A DNA stretch of 64,000 bases from an uncultured Phycisphaerales bacterium (GCA_963755915.1 CAVWLP010000002.1:1408001-1472000); one strand, 5' to 3'. Shown: positions 48,373 through 60,556, counted from the stretch's first letter. Made by a program: numbers and translations. The notes: generated from the sequence alone by a model not told the origin.

Positions 48373-50144
48373 GGGGTGGACTCCCTTCGGCTCTGCTCAG
48401 GGCAGGCCTGTAAAGGTTGTGCGGCAGGCAAAGCCTCCGCTTGGGTGATTGCGTCGCGTACGAACTGTCCGTAATCGGCCAGTCCGCGGATGATTGGATG
48501 TTCCTGAACAAACTCGAAGTGTTGTTGAACCGGTGCGCCGTTTTGGTGTTCGATGAGCTGCCGCAGGGAGGCGCAGGTGATACGCGCCATGCCCCAGAGC
48601 AATCTCGCAGGCTCGTTCCACGGCCGGTCGCGGCTGCTGATTGGCCAGCGACAGCAGCCCCATCAACACGCGCACGCCTTCGATGCCGCGATGCTGAAGC
48701 ATTGACTGCGCCCACTGCGTGGCGTGCGGCCCGATGCATTCGATCCGCTGGAGAAGCCAGGTCGTTCCACGCTCGATGCCGCTGATCTTCTCCGGCAGGA
48801 TATGGGCGTCTTGCGTCGAGAACCTGCCCGGCGGACGCTGCGCGTGCAGAGCGATCGCACGCATCTTCTGATCGAACAGCCGGACCGTGCGCCGTCCCAC
48901 CGCGCCCAGACCCGCTGGCCCAAAAACTCCGGCGGGACCGAATAGTACGCCCCCTTGATCTCCACGTGCCCGTCGCGGTGAACACTGCGCAACGCCTCGG
49001 TGAAAAGATCGAATCGCACCGGCGGCAGAGCCAACAGTGCCGGCTTCTCTACCTGCTCGAAGACTTCCTTCACCTGCCGCCGCGTCGTGCCGTGGATGCG
49101 CGTGTCGGCCACGCTCTTCTCCCACGTCAGCAGATGCGCGTTCTGATCCGAGAGCGAGGCGAATTGCCGGCCTTTGAGAGCATTGCTCTTCACATAGCCG
49201 ATGCCCCGCTCGATCTTCCCCTTGTGCCGCGGCGTGTACGGCTTGGTGGGCAGAATGGCGATTCCATAATGTTCGGCGAACGACCGGACCTTGGGACACA
49301 ACTCCGCCTCGAACCAGTCCGCCCGCGTCACCGCCGCGCGAAGATTGTCGATCACCAGCGCCGACGGCATCCCGCCGAAGTGCGTAAAGGCATTTTCCAG
49401 ACAACGCAGAAAATCATCGGTCGTCTGCCGCTCCACCGCCTCGGCGTACCCCTTGCGGCTGTGGCTCAGCACAATGCGGAAGACCCAGGTTGCTTTGCGT
49501 TTGCCGTCAGGACCGACCAGGGCGCACCCCGGCCGAAGTCCACCTGCGCCTCGGCTCCCGGCTCGCATTCCATCCGGCGAAAGGGCGCCGGCGCGGCAGC
49601 CGAGAGCTTCTTGATGAACCGGCGCACGCTGTAATAGCTGCCGGCATAGCCGTGATCGCTGGAGATGTCTTGATAAATCCGCTGGGCCGTCAGCCCGGCT
49701 TCCAACTTCTGAACAATGACCTCACGCCAGGGCGATGCCGTACTGACCGACCCGATGGTGCGCCGGATAACCCGGTGGCGCGCTTTCCGAGCCGCCTGCG
49801 GCGAGCACCGTCGAGCCGCCTGCGGCGAGCACCGTCGAGCCGCCTGCGGCGAGCACCGTCGAGCCGCCTGCGGCGAGCACCGTCGAGCCGCCTGCGGCGA
49901 GCACCGTCGAGCCGCCTGCGGCGAGCACCGTCGAGCCGCCTGCGGCGAGCACCGTCGAGCCGAGGGGCGCGCTGGCCGGTTTTGAATCCGATCCGGCGCC
50001 GCAGGATCGCCGCCCGACAACCGGATGTGGCGTCCAACGGTCTCCCGGTGAACGCCGAGTTGGCGGGCGATGTTCCGATTGGACCAGCCGCTGCGCAAGT
50101 GCCAAAATTGCTTGTACTTCCGCCATCTTGAGTTGATTGGCCAT
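48369..50144 (-). CDS. istA: IS21 transposase IstA (several frameshifts; internal tandem repeat)
   Basis: MANQLKM, GWSNRNIARQLGVHRETV, EPGAEAQVDFG, IDNLRAAV, HKGKIERGIGYVK, HGTT, YSVP across frames. Confidence 0.88.
49788..49962. repeat. 24-bp perfect tandem repeat x7.3 inside istA
   Basis: Unit CGAGCCGCCTGCGGCGAGCACCGT. Confidence 0.95.
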
Positions 50145-50255
50145 CCCACCATTGGCTTGCGGCAACCGCCGAAAGCCAAGGTCGATAACCCAATCTCCTG
50201 TGCCTCAAAATGGCCGGTTTTGGTGCGCCCTCAATTGGCCGGTTTTGCGCGCCCC

Positions 50256-51626
50256 ATGACACTGCTTATCGTGGTTCTGGCCCTCGCGGCCTACTTCTTC
50301 ACCCCCGACATAATTACCGCCTTCAACACCGTCAGCACCGACGACGCCTACGTCAACGGCCACGTAACCTTCGTAGCCGCCAGAGTCCCCGGGCAAGTCG
50401 TCAGCGTCCTTGTCGACGACAACTACCGCGTAAAAAAGGGCGACCTTCTCGTCCAGCTCGACAAGACCCCCTATGAGGTTCAGGTGGAGATCAAGAAGGC
50501 CGCCCTGGTACGTGCCCAGGCTGACCTCGACGCGGCAAATGCCCAGGCACGTGCCCAGGTCGGCGCCGCACGAGCCGCCCGGTTTGCCCTCCAGCATGCC
50601 ATCGAATCCGTCGATACCCAGATCGCAAATCTCCGCGCCGCCGTCGCCACCTACTACAGCAGCCAGGCGGCCCTCGACCTCGCCAAAGCAAACTTCAATC
50701 GCGCCGCGGCCCTGGAGCCTAACGGGGCTGTCAGCAAGGAAGAGCTCGACGTCCGGCGGGAAGAACTCAAGGTGGAAGCTGCCGCCGTCGACCAGTCCCT
50801 TCAACAGGTCTACGCAATCCGCGCCGGTCTTGGTCTTACTACCCAGCCGGCCCCGGGCAAGCCGTTGGATGACGTCCCACCCAACCTCGACCAGGATTTC
50901 TCCACCGTCAGACAGGACCTCGCGGCATTGGAACAGGCCGCAAGCCAATTAGGCTATCGCTTTGTTCAGTGGAACGGCACGCCCCAGGAGGTCATTGCGC
51001 AGTTCCTCAAGCTGGACGCACATGGCAATATAGACAACATCATAAGCTATCTCCTCGCCCACGCCCCGGTGATTGCACAGGCCCAGGGCAATCTCCTCCA
51101 GGCAAAAAGTGACCTCGATCAGGCCCAGTTGAACCTCAGCTATTGCGACGTCGTCAGCGACATCGACGGCGTCGTCACCGGTCGCAATGTGAACCCCGGC
51201 GACAACGTCCAGCCGGCACAAGACCTCATGGCCGTCAGATCCCTCACCGAAATCTGGATCGACGCAAATTTTAAGGAAACCCAATTGGCAGATCTGCGCA
51301 TCGGCCAGCGCGCTCGCTGCGACGTCGATATGTATGGCAGCCGCGAATCATTCGAGGGCCGAATCACCGGCTTCACCATGGGCACCGGCGAAACCCTTTC
51401 CCTCCTGCCCCCTCAGAACGCAACGGGAAACTACGTAAAGATCGTCCAGCGCCTTCCCGTCCGCATCGAACTTACCAACTATGACCCCGACAAGTCTCCC
51501 CTCTTCGTCGGTTTGTCGGTGACTCCATACGTCTATTACAAGGAAGCGCCGAGCGGCCCCCACTCCGGTGACGTCTTGCAGCCGCTGACCAATCTTCCCA
51601 CGGCCCCGACCGACCCCCAACCATAA
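50256..51626 (+). CDS. EmrA/HlyD-family adaptor, main part
   Basis: STDDAYVNG, ANFKETQL, LLPPQNATGNYVKIVQRLPVRI; in-frame ATG lies in the IS end. Confidence 0.88.
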   Translation: MTLLIVVLALAAYFFTPDIITAFNTVSTDDAYVNGHVTFVAARVPGQVVSVLVDDNYRVKKGDLLVQLDKTPYEVQVEIKKAALVRAQADLDAANAQARAQVGAARAARFALQHAIESVDTQIANLRAAVATYYSSQAALDLAKANFNRAAALEPNGAVSKEELDVRREELKVEAAAVDQSLQQVYAIRAGLGLTTQPAPGKPLDDVPPNLDQDFSTVRQDLAALEQAASQLGYRFVQWNGTPQEVIAQFLKLDAHGNIDNIISYLLAHAPVIAQAQGNLLQAKSDLDQAQLNLSYCDVVSDIDGVVTGRNVNPGDNVQPAQDLMAVRSLTEIWIDANFKETQLADLRIGQRARCDVDMYGSRESFEGRITGFTMGTGETLSLLPPQNATGNYVKIVQRLPVRIELTNYDPDKSPLFVGLSVTPYVYYKEAPSGPHSGDVLQPLTNLPTAPTDPQP

Positions 51627-51661
51627 AGAGAATCAAAATCTCCCAGGTCCATGAAAGCCTC

Positions 51662-53278
51662 ATGAGCACTATCACACTCCAGCTTCCATCGGCCACGGTC
51701 GGCCGGCGAACCATCAACCCCTGGTTCATCGCGGTCGCGGTCGTCATCCCCACCTTTATGGAGATATTGGACACCACGATTGCCAACGTCGCCCTTCGCT
51801 ACATCGCCGGCGGGCTTTCCGCCGCTGTCATCGATAGCGACTGGGTCATCACCAGCTACCTCGCTGCAAATGCCTTCATACTTCCCATCACCGGCTGGCT
51901 TTCCGCGCGCTTCGGACGCAAAAATTACTTTTTGCTCTCCATCTTTGTCTTCACCGCCGCCTCCGCGATGTGCGGCTTCGCAACCAGCCTGAATCAGTTG
52001 ATCCTCTTTCGAATCCTCCAGGGCATGGCCGGCGGCGGTCTCCAGCCCTCCAGTCAGTCCATCCTCCTCGACACCTTTCCCCCGGAAAAGCAGGGCGCGG
52101 CTCAGACCATGTTCGGCGTCGCCGCTCTTCTGGCGCCCATCGTTGGTCCAACCCTCGGCGGCTGGCTGGTCGTCAACTATGATTGGCGATGGATCTTCTA
52201 CGTAAACGTACCCATGGGGATCATCGGCCTGCTCGCCTGCTACGCCCTGCTTGAGGATCCCGAGTATCTCAAAACAGAACGTGCCGAACTCAAGAAAAAA
52301 CCACTTAACCTCGACGGCATTGGTCTCGGGCTGCTTGCTCTGATGATGGCCTCCTGGGAAATCCTTCTCAGCAAGGGGCAGGAGTGGGATTGGCTTGGCG
52401 ATCCGTTCTGGCGGATACAGACGCTCCTCATTGTCTTCGTGCTGGCCCTGGGCTTCCTCCTCTTGCGGGAATTGACCTTTGCCCACCCCGTCGTCAACTT
52501 TCGTGTCCTGAAGGACCGAAACTTCGCCGCCTGCTGCATCATTATCTTTTGCGTCTACGTCGTGCTTTACCAGTCGAGCGTGGCGTTACCTTCACTGCTC
52601 CAGTCTCTGTTTGGCTATGACGCCTATATTTCCGGACTGGTCATGTCGCCGGCCGGATTTTTCGCCATCATCATGATGGTCGTCATCGGCGCCCTCCTCG
52701 GCCACCGCTTCGATGCGCGCTGGCTCATCGCCATAGGCTTGCTTTCGGTCGCAACGGCAAGTTACTGGATGTCGATCATGAACCTGCAAATCAGCCCCTG
52801 GCAGGTGGTCTGGCCACGGGTGCTTCTGGTCCTGGGCCTTTCAATGATCTTCGCCCCGCTCAATGTCGCCGCTTATATTTACATCCCCAAACAACTTCGC
52901 GGGGCCGCCGTCGGGCTGATGGCCCTTCTCCGCAACGAAGGCGGCAGCTTCGGGACCTCCATGTCCCAGACCATCCAGGAACGCAGTCTCCAATTCCACC
53001 TCTCTCGCCTGGGCGAATGGCTTGGCCCGCTTAACTATCACGTCAACTCCTTCCTCCAGCAGGGACAATTGGTCTTCGCACATCAAACCAGCGACGCGGT
53101 CGGCGCCGCCCACCTCGCCCTCCAGTCACTCGACAACCTCCGCCAGCAGCAGGCGTCCTCACTCGCGTACTTCGACGTTTTCTGGTCCGCTGCCGTATTG
53201 GCCTCGGCGCTCGTATTGCTCGTCCTGATCATGAGGCGCTCCGTCGCCGAAAAGGGAGCGCATGTAGGCGGGGAGTGA
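51662..53278 (+). CDS. DHA2 (EmrB/QacA) MFS efflux permease
   Basis: FMEILDTTIANVAL, WVITSYL, FRILQGMAGGGL, GPTLGGWL, WRWIFYVNVP. Confidence 0.95.
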   Translation: MSTITLQLPSATVGRRTINPWFIAVAVVIPTFMEILDTTIANVALRYIAGGLSAAVIDSDWVITSYLAANAFILPITGWLSARFGRKNYFLLSIFVFTAASAMCGFATSLNQLILFRILQGMAGGGLQPSSQSILLDTFPPEKQGAAQTMFGVAALLAPIVGPTLGGWLVVNYDWRWIFYVNVPMGIIGLLACYALLEDPEYLKTERAELKKKPLNLDGIGLGLLALMMASWEILLSKGQEWDWLGDPFWRIQTLLIVFVLALGFLLLRELTFAHPVVNFRVLKDRNFAACCIIIFCVYVVLYQSSVALPSLLQSLFGYDAYISGLVMSPAGFFAIIMMVVIGALLGHRFDARWLIAIGLLSVATASYWMSIMNLQISPWQVVWPRVLLVLGLSMIFAPLNVAAYIYIPKQLRGAAVGLMALLRNEGGSFGTSMSQTIQERSLQFHLSRLGEWLGPLNYHVNSFLQQGQLVFAHQTSDAVGAAHLALQSLDNLRQQQASSLAYFDVFWSAAVLASALVLLVLIMRRSVAEKGAHVGGE

Positions 53279-53436
53279 ATCTCTCCGAACGCCCACGGAC
53301 TTCGGCGAGCTCAGTCGAGCCGCGCTGCCGTGGGGTATTTCCAAATTCGCCCTGAGCGGCCCTGCCTGAATTCCGCAACGGACATGATTCCCCAAGCCTT
53401 GCAACACTCTTGCTTGAAAAATAAACAATAAAGAAA

Positions 53437-53465
53437 GAAGAGGCCGCGTATGCCGCAGCCTCTTC
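53437..53465 (-). terminator. Intrinsic terminator of the PEP-CTERM gene
   Basis: GAAGAGGCTGCG / CGCGGCCTCTTC followed by TTTCTTT on the minus strand. Confidence 0.65.
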
Positions 53466-53505
53466 AAACGCATATTAAATGATTTTCGCGTCAGCTCAGT
53501 CAGCT

Positions 53506-54021
53506 TCAGCGCAATGCGCGCCGACGCCGCGCCAGTAGCGCGATCCCGCCGATCGCCAGCCCTGAAAGGCTCGCCGGTTCCGGCACCGAAATCGTCACGT
53601 CGCTCAGAGTCGCATACTCGCCGTTGGCGTACGTCGTCCCCGTCCCGCCCGTTTGAATCGACCCATTGAACGCATCCGGGAAATTCAAATCGAAGTTCAA
53701 GCCCGGCTGATTGAAGATATAATTCGTCGGGTTCGTATTGGCCACCGGCCCCGTATTGATCGTCTCACCCCCCACAAACGCGAACGGATCGGTCCCCGAC
53801 GTCGTGGTAACCGTAACCGGCCCGACCACGGTCAGAAAGTCCACGTTCTGGTCGTAGGTGCCGTTCACCTCAAAGCTGAACGTTCCCGAACCGGTCGGCT
53901 GAGTCAGCGTGATGTCGTAATCACCACTCACCGTGTAAATAGACGCATAAGCCCCCGAAACCAGAGATCCGACCACCACACCGGCGGCCAATGCAAGCGT
54001 ACGAATAGACACTTTCAACAT
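53506..54021 (-). CDS. PEP-CTERM sorting domain protein
   Basis: Signal peptide; Thr/Gly-rich body; VPEPASL-TM-ARRRR. Confidence 0.92.
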   Translation of the reverse strand: MLKVSIRTLALAAGVVVGSLVSGAYASIYTVSGDYDITLTQPTGSGTFSFEVNGTYDQNVDFLTVVGPVTVTTTSGTDPFAFVGGETINTGPVANTNPTNYIFNQPGLNFDLNFPDAFNGSIQTGGTGTTYANGEYATLSDVTISVPEPASLSGLAIGGIALLARRRRALR

Positions 54022-54466
54022 GTTTCTTCCCTTCAAAAATAAAAAAGTAACTACGAATCAACGGGAGGTGAACATCACTACCCCGGCTGAGAATTTGAAC
54101 CTATCAAAGTAAGCACCCCGCCACAACTCAATAAATCTCGTAATCATAGCTTTTACAAAAATTTATGCTTTCCTGATGAAGACAAAATGACGCAGAGAAG
54201 GAAGGCCATTGTCGTCTTTCACCCAAGAAAATGACCCCACGCAAATTACGGGTGCCAGGAACCGACTGACAATAAAAGTCTTCATAGGCAGGCCACGAAT
54301 CTCGTCAGAAAACGGGCCGGCCCACCTGAATCGCAAAATCCCAACAAATCGAACACATTTTCGCCCCTTCGCGGCTCCGGCCACCCAATCATCCCCAACC
54401 CCTTACCTCATCAACACATACGGCAACCAGATAAGCTAGCATCCACTAATAAAAATCCAAAAAGTG

Positions 54467-55990
54467 CAATAGTGTCCGGAACGCAGGCTCACAAATAACA
54501 CAATCTTGCGCCTTGCGCGAAGCAGCGTTTTGTGGTTCACTGCCGCCACGTGCACGCGGACCTTTGCCCAGCTTCTGGATTGCCCGCCAAGCCGGGACGA
54601 AAGCCGCGGCCGGCGGTGCGGGGGGAGGATTTGTTCGGCGGCAAGTACGTCGGTATTTTGCAGGATCATCTGGCCCGCCTGCGGGCGGCGCATCCCCACC
54701 CCAATCGCACGCTTTTTTATGACGATGTGACCCTTGCCTATCTGCTGGCGTTTTTCACGCCGGCGATTCGCAGCCTGCGGACGATGGAGGATTTCAGCCA
54801 GACCGAGCAGATGCAGGAGCAGCTTTCGGTCGATCGCCTGCCGCGTTCCACGCTTTCCGATGCCAACGCCCTGTTCGATCCGACGCTGCTGGAGCCGATC
54901 ATCGAGGAGTTGCGGGCGCGGCTGCCGCACCTGCGTCACGGCGATCCGAAGCTGGCGGAGTTGACCGAGCGGGTACGGGTGGTGGATGGGTCGCTGTTCA
55001 CCGTTGCCGCCGACGTGGCCTGGGCGCTGCATCAAAGTCGACCCAACGGAAAGCCCATGGACACGATTCGCCTGAATCTTCAATGGGCGGCGGGCGTGGG
55101 GGTTCCCGAGGGAGTGACGATCAGCGGCGCGGGATGCTCCGAGGCGCAGGCGCTGATGCAGTCCCTGGAGCCGGGACAGATTTACGTCATGGACCGCGGC
55201 TACGTCTGTTTCGAGCTGCTGGAGCGGATCGTACATGCCTGCAGCGATTTTGTGCTCCGGCTCAAGTCAAACAACTATTTCATTCCCATCGAAAACAATG
55301 ACTTGACCCCCAAGTCCCTGCCGCTGAGCGATGAAGACCGCGCTGCCGGCATTCTCAGCGACCGGATCGGATACCTGGGCTCAGAAGGGCCACGCTTTGC
55401 TCCTCCGGCGGGAAAATGGCTTCGGGAAGTGACGATCTTCGACCCGGACAAACCCGACAGGCCCCTGCGGCTGCTGACCAATCTTCTTAACATTCCCGCC
55501 CATGTCATCGGTCTGCTCTACCGCTGGCGATAGAAGATCGAGCTGTTTTTCCGCTGGCTGAAAGTGCACGCCCACTTCCGCCATCTCACCAGCCACAGCA
55601 AAAACGGCGTCACCACCGGGTTCTACATCGCGGTCATCGGGGTGCTGTTGATCTATCTGCACACGCAGCGTCCGGTGAGCAAATATGCCTACGCGATGCT
55701 GAGCCTGGTCGCCGCGGGAGGGGCCACGTTGCAAGAGATTATTCCCATCCTGCAGCGCCGAGAACGGGAATGCGAGCTGCAGCGTCAGCGTGTGGCACGG
55801 AAGAAGGCTGAAAAAATCGTCAAGTAAGTCACCGGGGGTTTTTGTTGTCCGGCCGCCGGTGAACGCCGCGGCATGCGCTGCAGGAGCAGCGCTGAACCTT
55901 CCACGCCGTTGCCCATCGAGGCAACGCAGCCTTTCGAGTGAAAACCCGAAAAATCCCAGCTCTAAGACGCGGAAGTCCCGGACAATATTG
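54467..55990 (+). mobile_element. IS4-family insertion sequence, copy 2
   Basis: Same IRs as copy 1; 9-bp direct repeat CAAAAAGTG at 54458-54466 and 55991-55999. Confidence 0.93.
54580..55827 (+). pseudogene. IS4-family transposase with in-frame TAG (55531-55533), otherwise one open frame
   Basis: Near-identical to copy 1; frame continues KIELFFRWLK..EKIVK*. Confidence 0.85.
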
Positions 55991-56059
55991 CAAAAAGTGT
56001 TCAATTCTGTTCAATTCTGTCCAATCCCCCATATACTCCCCCCCTTTTATGGAGAAAAA

Positions 56060-57275
56060 ATGGCAAACACCGACCCCAAAAAAATTGTTCTCGCCTACAG
56101 CGGCGGCCTCGATACTTCCGTCATCCTCCCCTGGCTCAAAGACCGCTATCCCGGCGTAAAACTGGTCGCCTTCGCCGCCGAGCTCGGACAGGGCGACGAA
56201 CTCAAAGATATCGAAGACAAAGCCCGCAAAAGCGGAGCCGATGAGGTCATCATCAAAGACCTCCGCAGAGAGTTCGCCGAGGAATTCTGCTTTCCCATGC
56301 TCCGCGCCCACGCCATCTACGAAAACGATTATCTCCTCGGCACCAGCATCGCCCGCCCGATCATCGCCCAGCACCAGGTCGAAGCCGCCCGCCAAACCGG
56401 GGCGGATGCCGTGGCCCACGGCGCCACCTCCAAGGGCAACGACCAGGTCCGCTTCGAGCTGACCTACATGTCCCTCGCCCCCGACCTGAAAATCATCGCC
56501 CCCTGGAAAGACCCCAACTTCGGCCTGCGCGACCGCGAAAGCGCCATCGACTACGCGAACAAAAAGGGCGTCCCCGTCGATCAGAGCAAGAAGAAAATCT
56601 ACAGCCGGGACCGAAATCTCTGGCACATCAGCCACGAAGGCGCCGACCTTGAATCCCCCGCCAACGAGCCGAAGGACGACCTCTGGCTCATCTCCGTCCC
56701 CGTCTCCAAAGCCCCCAACGAACCCGCGTATGTCACCATCGACTTCGAGCGCGGAAACCCAATCGCCCTCAACGGCAAAAAAATGCCCGGCCACGAGCTG
56801 ATCGCCGCCCTGAACGAAGCCGGCGGAAAACACGCCGTCGGCCAGACCCAGCTCGCCGAAAACCGCCTGGTCGGAATGAAATCCCGCGGCGCCTACGAAA
56901 CCCCCGGCGGCACAATCCTCTACGAAGCTCACAAAGCCCTCGAGCAAATCTGCATCGAGCGCGACACCTTCCATTTCAAGCAGCAGGTCGCGTTGCGATA
57001 TGCCGAGCTGGTCTATTACGGCCAGTGGTTCCACCCGCTGCGCGAAGCGCTTGCAGTCGTTCGTCGATCACACGCAGGGCTCCGTAAGCGGGCAGGCAAA
57101 GGTAAAGCTCTTCAAAGGCCGCGCGACCGCCGCCGGAGTAACCAGCCCGCACAGCTTGTACGATCCCCAGCTAGCAAGCTTCAGCATGGAAGGCTACGAC
57201 GTGACCGCGGCCCGCGGATTCATCGATCTCTTCGGCCTCCCGATGAAGGTGGCCCAGCAGGCGAAGAGATGGTGA
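56060..57275 (+). CDS. argG: Argininosuccinate synthase (frameshift near 57050)
   Basis: LAYSGGLDTS, YLLGTSIARP, KGNDQVRFE, ENRLVGMKSRGAYETP, SLYD..GFIDLFGL. Confidence 0.96.
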
Positions 57276-57384
57276 GAAGAGATTGCCGAATACCGATTGC
57301 CAAATGCCGAATAATTTTGAGCTAAAGCGTTGAGGCCCGAGTTTTTTTGGGGAGTGATCAGTTAATCGCTGGTATCATTCCTCC

Positions 57385-58768
57385 ATGGATTTGTTCGCCG
57401 ATTCCCGCAAAAAGAACCTCGCCCGCGTCGCCCCCCTCGCCGTGCGCATGCGGCCGCGAATCCTCGACGAATTCGTCGGCCAGCACCATTTCCTCGGCGA
57501 AGGAAAGCTCCTGCGGCGGATGCTGGAAGCGGATCGCCTGACGAGCGTCATCTTCTACGGACCTCCAGGAACCGGCAAAACGACGCTGGCCCAGCTCATC
57601 GCCATCTACACCAAAAGCGAATTCGTCGAAGTCAACGCGGCAGGCGTCGGGGTAAAAGAAGTCCGCACAATCCTGGAATCGGCTAAGGAAAGACTCGGGG
57701 CCGGCGGAAAACGAACCGTCCTATTTCTCGACGAAATTCATCGCTTCAATCGCGCCCAGCAGGATATTCTCCTCTCCGATGTCGAGGCGGGCTTGATTCT
57801 GCTCGTCGGGGCGACCACCGAGAATCCGTTCTTTGCGGTGAATTCGCCGCTGGTCTGCCGCAGCCAGATTTTCCAATTCTGCGCCGCTGGGGGAAGCAGA
57901 GATATCCGCTTTGATCGAGCGAGCAATCGGGGACAAGGAGCGGGGGTATGGGAAGCTTTCCATCGACATCGTCCCCGAAGCGATCGCCCTATGGGCCACA
58001 AAATCCGACGGCGATGCCCGCCGGGCGCTGATGGCGCTGGAAGTGGCGGTCCTCTCCCAGCAGAAGGAGGGAAAAAACAATCAAACGATCGAGATCGATC
58101 TGGACGTCGCAGAGCAATCCATCCAGCAGAAGGCGATCGTTTACGACGGCACCGGCGACGAGCATTACGATGCGGCCAGCGCCCTGATCAAAAGCATGCG
58201 TGGCTCCGATCCGGACGCGGCGGTTTACTGGCTGGCGCGAATGCTGGAGGCGGGCGAAGACCCGCGGTTCATTGCCCGGCGGGTGGCCATTTTGGCCTCC
58301 GAAGACATCGGCAATGCCGATCCCCATGCCATCACCGTCGCGGCGGCGGCGTTTGATATCGTGGAAAAAATCGGGATGCCGGAGGCACAGCTCACCCTTT
58401 CCCAGGCGGTAATTTACATGGCGACCGCGCCTAAATCGAACGCGTCCGCTTTGGCAATCTGGGAAGCCGCCAAAGATGTGAAAGAGGGGCGAACCCTGCC
58501 CGTCCCAAAACATCTGCGGGATTCACATTACTACGGGGCCAAACGCCTCGGTCACGGCGAGGGGTATCAATACGCCCATAATTTTCCCGGCGGAATTGTC
58601 GAACAGGACTATCTCGGCGTCGATAGAATATACTATAATCCGACGAATCGGGGCTACGAAGCGGAGATCGGGAAACGCCTGCAGCGCCAAACCGAGACGG
58701 GCGCCGCGGAGGCAGAGGCCGGTAAGCCGGCCGAAGACGACCCCGAGGATCAGGTGGCCGAGAAGTAG
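57385..58768 (+). CDS. rarA: Replication-associated recombination protein RarA/MgsA (frameshift near 57890)
   Basis: PLAVRMRP, GPPGTGKTT, DEIHRFN, GATTENP, HYDAASALIKSMRGSDPD, ASEDIGNADP, VPKHLRD. Confidence 0.95.
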
Positions 58769-58785
58769 TTTTTTTTGAGGGCACG

Positions 58786-59383
58786 ATGGGAGAGTCGGTC
58801 GAAAAATCGACCATACGCCACCAGCTTCGCGAGAAGGTGGCGGCGATGCACCGAAGAGCAGCGGCACGCCAAGAGTATCACCGCGACGTCGTTTCTCACC
58901 GCCAGTCCGGAGTTTGCCGCCGCCCGCATCGTCATGCTCTATCTCACCGCCGGGCACGAGCTCGACACGGCGACTCTGGCGCTGAAATGCTGGCAATCGG
59001 GAAAAACCGTGGTCGTCCCCAAGGTAAGCTGGGATCAGCGGCGAATGCTCCCCGTGGAAATCTCCAGCTTGCAGACGCACATGACGGAAACCGGCCCGGG
59101 CGTGCGCGAGCCGGTTAGCGGGCAGCCGATGCCCGTCAACATGATCGACCTGGTCATCGTTCCGGGGATTGGTTTCTCGGCAGATGGCCATCGCATCGGT
59201 CGGGGGATGGGGTTCTACGACCGGTTCCTGGCATTGCCGGAGTTCATCGGTGTTTCGTGCGGGATGGGGTTTGAGGAACAGGTTGTGCCGCAGCTTCCGG
59301 TGCTTGACCATGACATGTCGCTGAGTATGCTGTGTACGGATCGCGGGATTCGGCGTTTCGCCACCAACTGCATCAGCCAGTGA
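58786..59383 (+). CDS. 5-formyltetrahydrofolate cyclo-ligase (frameshift near 58850)
   Basis: KSTIRHQL; DLVIVPGIGF..GHRIGRGMGFYDRFL; HD. Confidence 0.92.
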
Positions 59384-59430
59384 GCCCCGCGCTTTAGATC
59401 GAAGAAAAATTTGAGAACATGGAGGTTCTC

Positions 59431-60535
59431 ATGTCCCGTCAGTCACGTCGTCTCAGTCGTCTTTTAGTAGTTGTATTACTTTTAAGCTTTTCCGCCGCGG
59501 CGTTGTCGTTCATCTACAAGATGAATCGCCAGCCCAGTGAGCCCGCCGCGCCGGTTCCGCCAACGCTGACGGCCTCGGTGTCGCCTCTGCCCGCGCCGGC
59601 AACGCAGCCGGCGGCGCAGATCTCCGGCGCCGGCCTGGCGCCGATGATCGACCAGTCCCCAGCTATGCCGGCTGCGGCGCAAACGCCACCGGTTTCACCC
59701 GCCGCGCCGGCCACGCAGCCCGCCGCTTTTAGCGCGCCGCCGGATGTGACCGTCGCCACGCAGTCGGTCTCATCGCTTCTGGCCAATGCCCAGTCGGAGA
59801 TCGACAACGGCCAGTTCCTCCAGGCCCGCGGCGAATTAAACGACGCGCTGCAGAGCGGCACGCTCGATCCGAGCGCAGTGCGATTCCGTGAAAAAGCTCC
59901 TCAGCCAGATCAGCCAGGTGGTCGTCTTCAGCCCCCGGCGGTTTCCGGATGATCTGTACGGCGGCGTCTACGTCGTCCAGCCCGGCGACAGCCTCGCCAA
60001 AATCGCCAACGCGCACGACTGCACGTGGGAGCTGCTGAGCCGGATCAACGGCATCGAGCCGAAGCATCTTCGCGCCGGTGCCTCGATCAAGGTCGTCGAA
60101 GGCCCCTTCTTCGCGGTGGTTGAAAAGCAGAAGTTCACCATCAATCTCTATCTCGGCGGATTGCCTGGCGAAAAAAGCTGCATGTTCGTCACCAGCTATC
60201 CTGTCGGGCTGGGGCAGGATGATTCGACGCCGGTTGGCACCTGGATGATCGAACCGCACCGCAAACTCAAGCATCCCACCTACTACAGCCCGCGCGGCGA
60301 AGGCGTTATCGCCGCCGACGATCCGAAAAATCCGCTGGGTGGATATTGGATCGGACTCACCGGCACCGAGGGACAGGCGGTGGGAAAAATGTCCTACGGC
60401 ATCCACGGCACCATCGACCCCAACAGCATCGGCAAACAATCGAGCATGGGGTGCATCCGGCTGCGGGCGGATGACATCGCGATGGTTTACGACATGATGG
60501 TCGAGGGGAAGAGTACGGTGGTGGTGAAAGAGTAG
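59431..60535 (+). CDS. LysM + L,D-transpeptidase (YkuD) protein (frameshift near 59880)
   Basis: TM, Pro/Ala linker, YVVQPGDSLAKIA, YGIHGT..SMGCIRL. Confidence 0.92.
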
Positions 60536-60556
60536 ATTGACCAACGAAAGCCAGGG

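Larger units (their letters stand above)
47360..50261 (-). mobile_element. IS21-family insertion sequence
   Basis: TGTCA..TGACA ends with repeated AAAACC(A/G)GCCA motifs; 6-bp direct repeat CTGCTT (47354-47359, 50262-50267); istA-istB. Confidence 0.95.

Noticed and set aside
49788-49962. Possible CRISPR array
   Set aside because: Head-to-tail identical units with no spacers, inside istA; no cas genes in the window
50070-50255. Extended EmrA N-terminus
   Set aside because: Lies within IS21; the native 5' end is at 47126
55790-56059. N-terminally extended ArgG
   Set aside because: The extension is IS4 right-end sequence; the real start is ATG 56060 with a GGAG RBS
58769-58785. 6S RNA ahead of the 5-formyl-THF cyclo-ligase gene
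   Set aside because: Only 17 bp separate it from rarA
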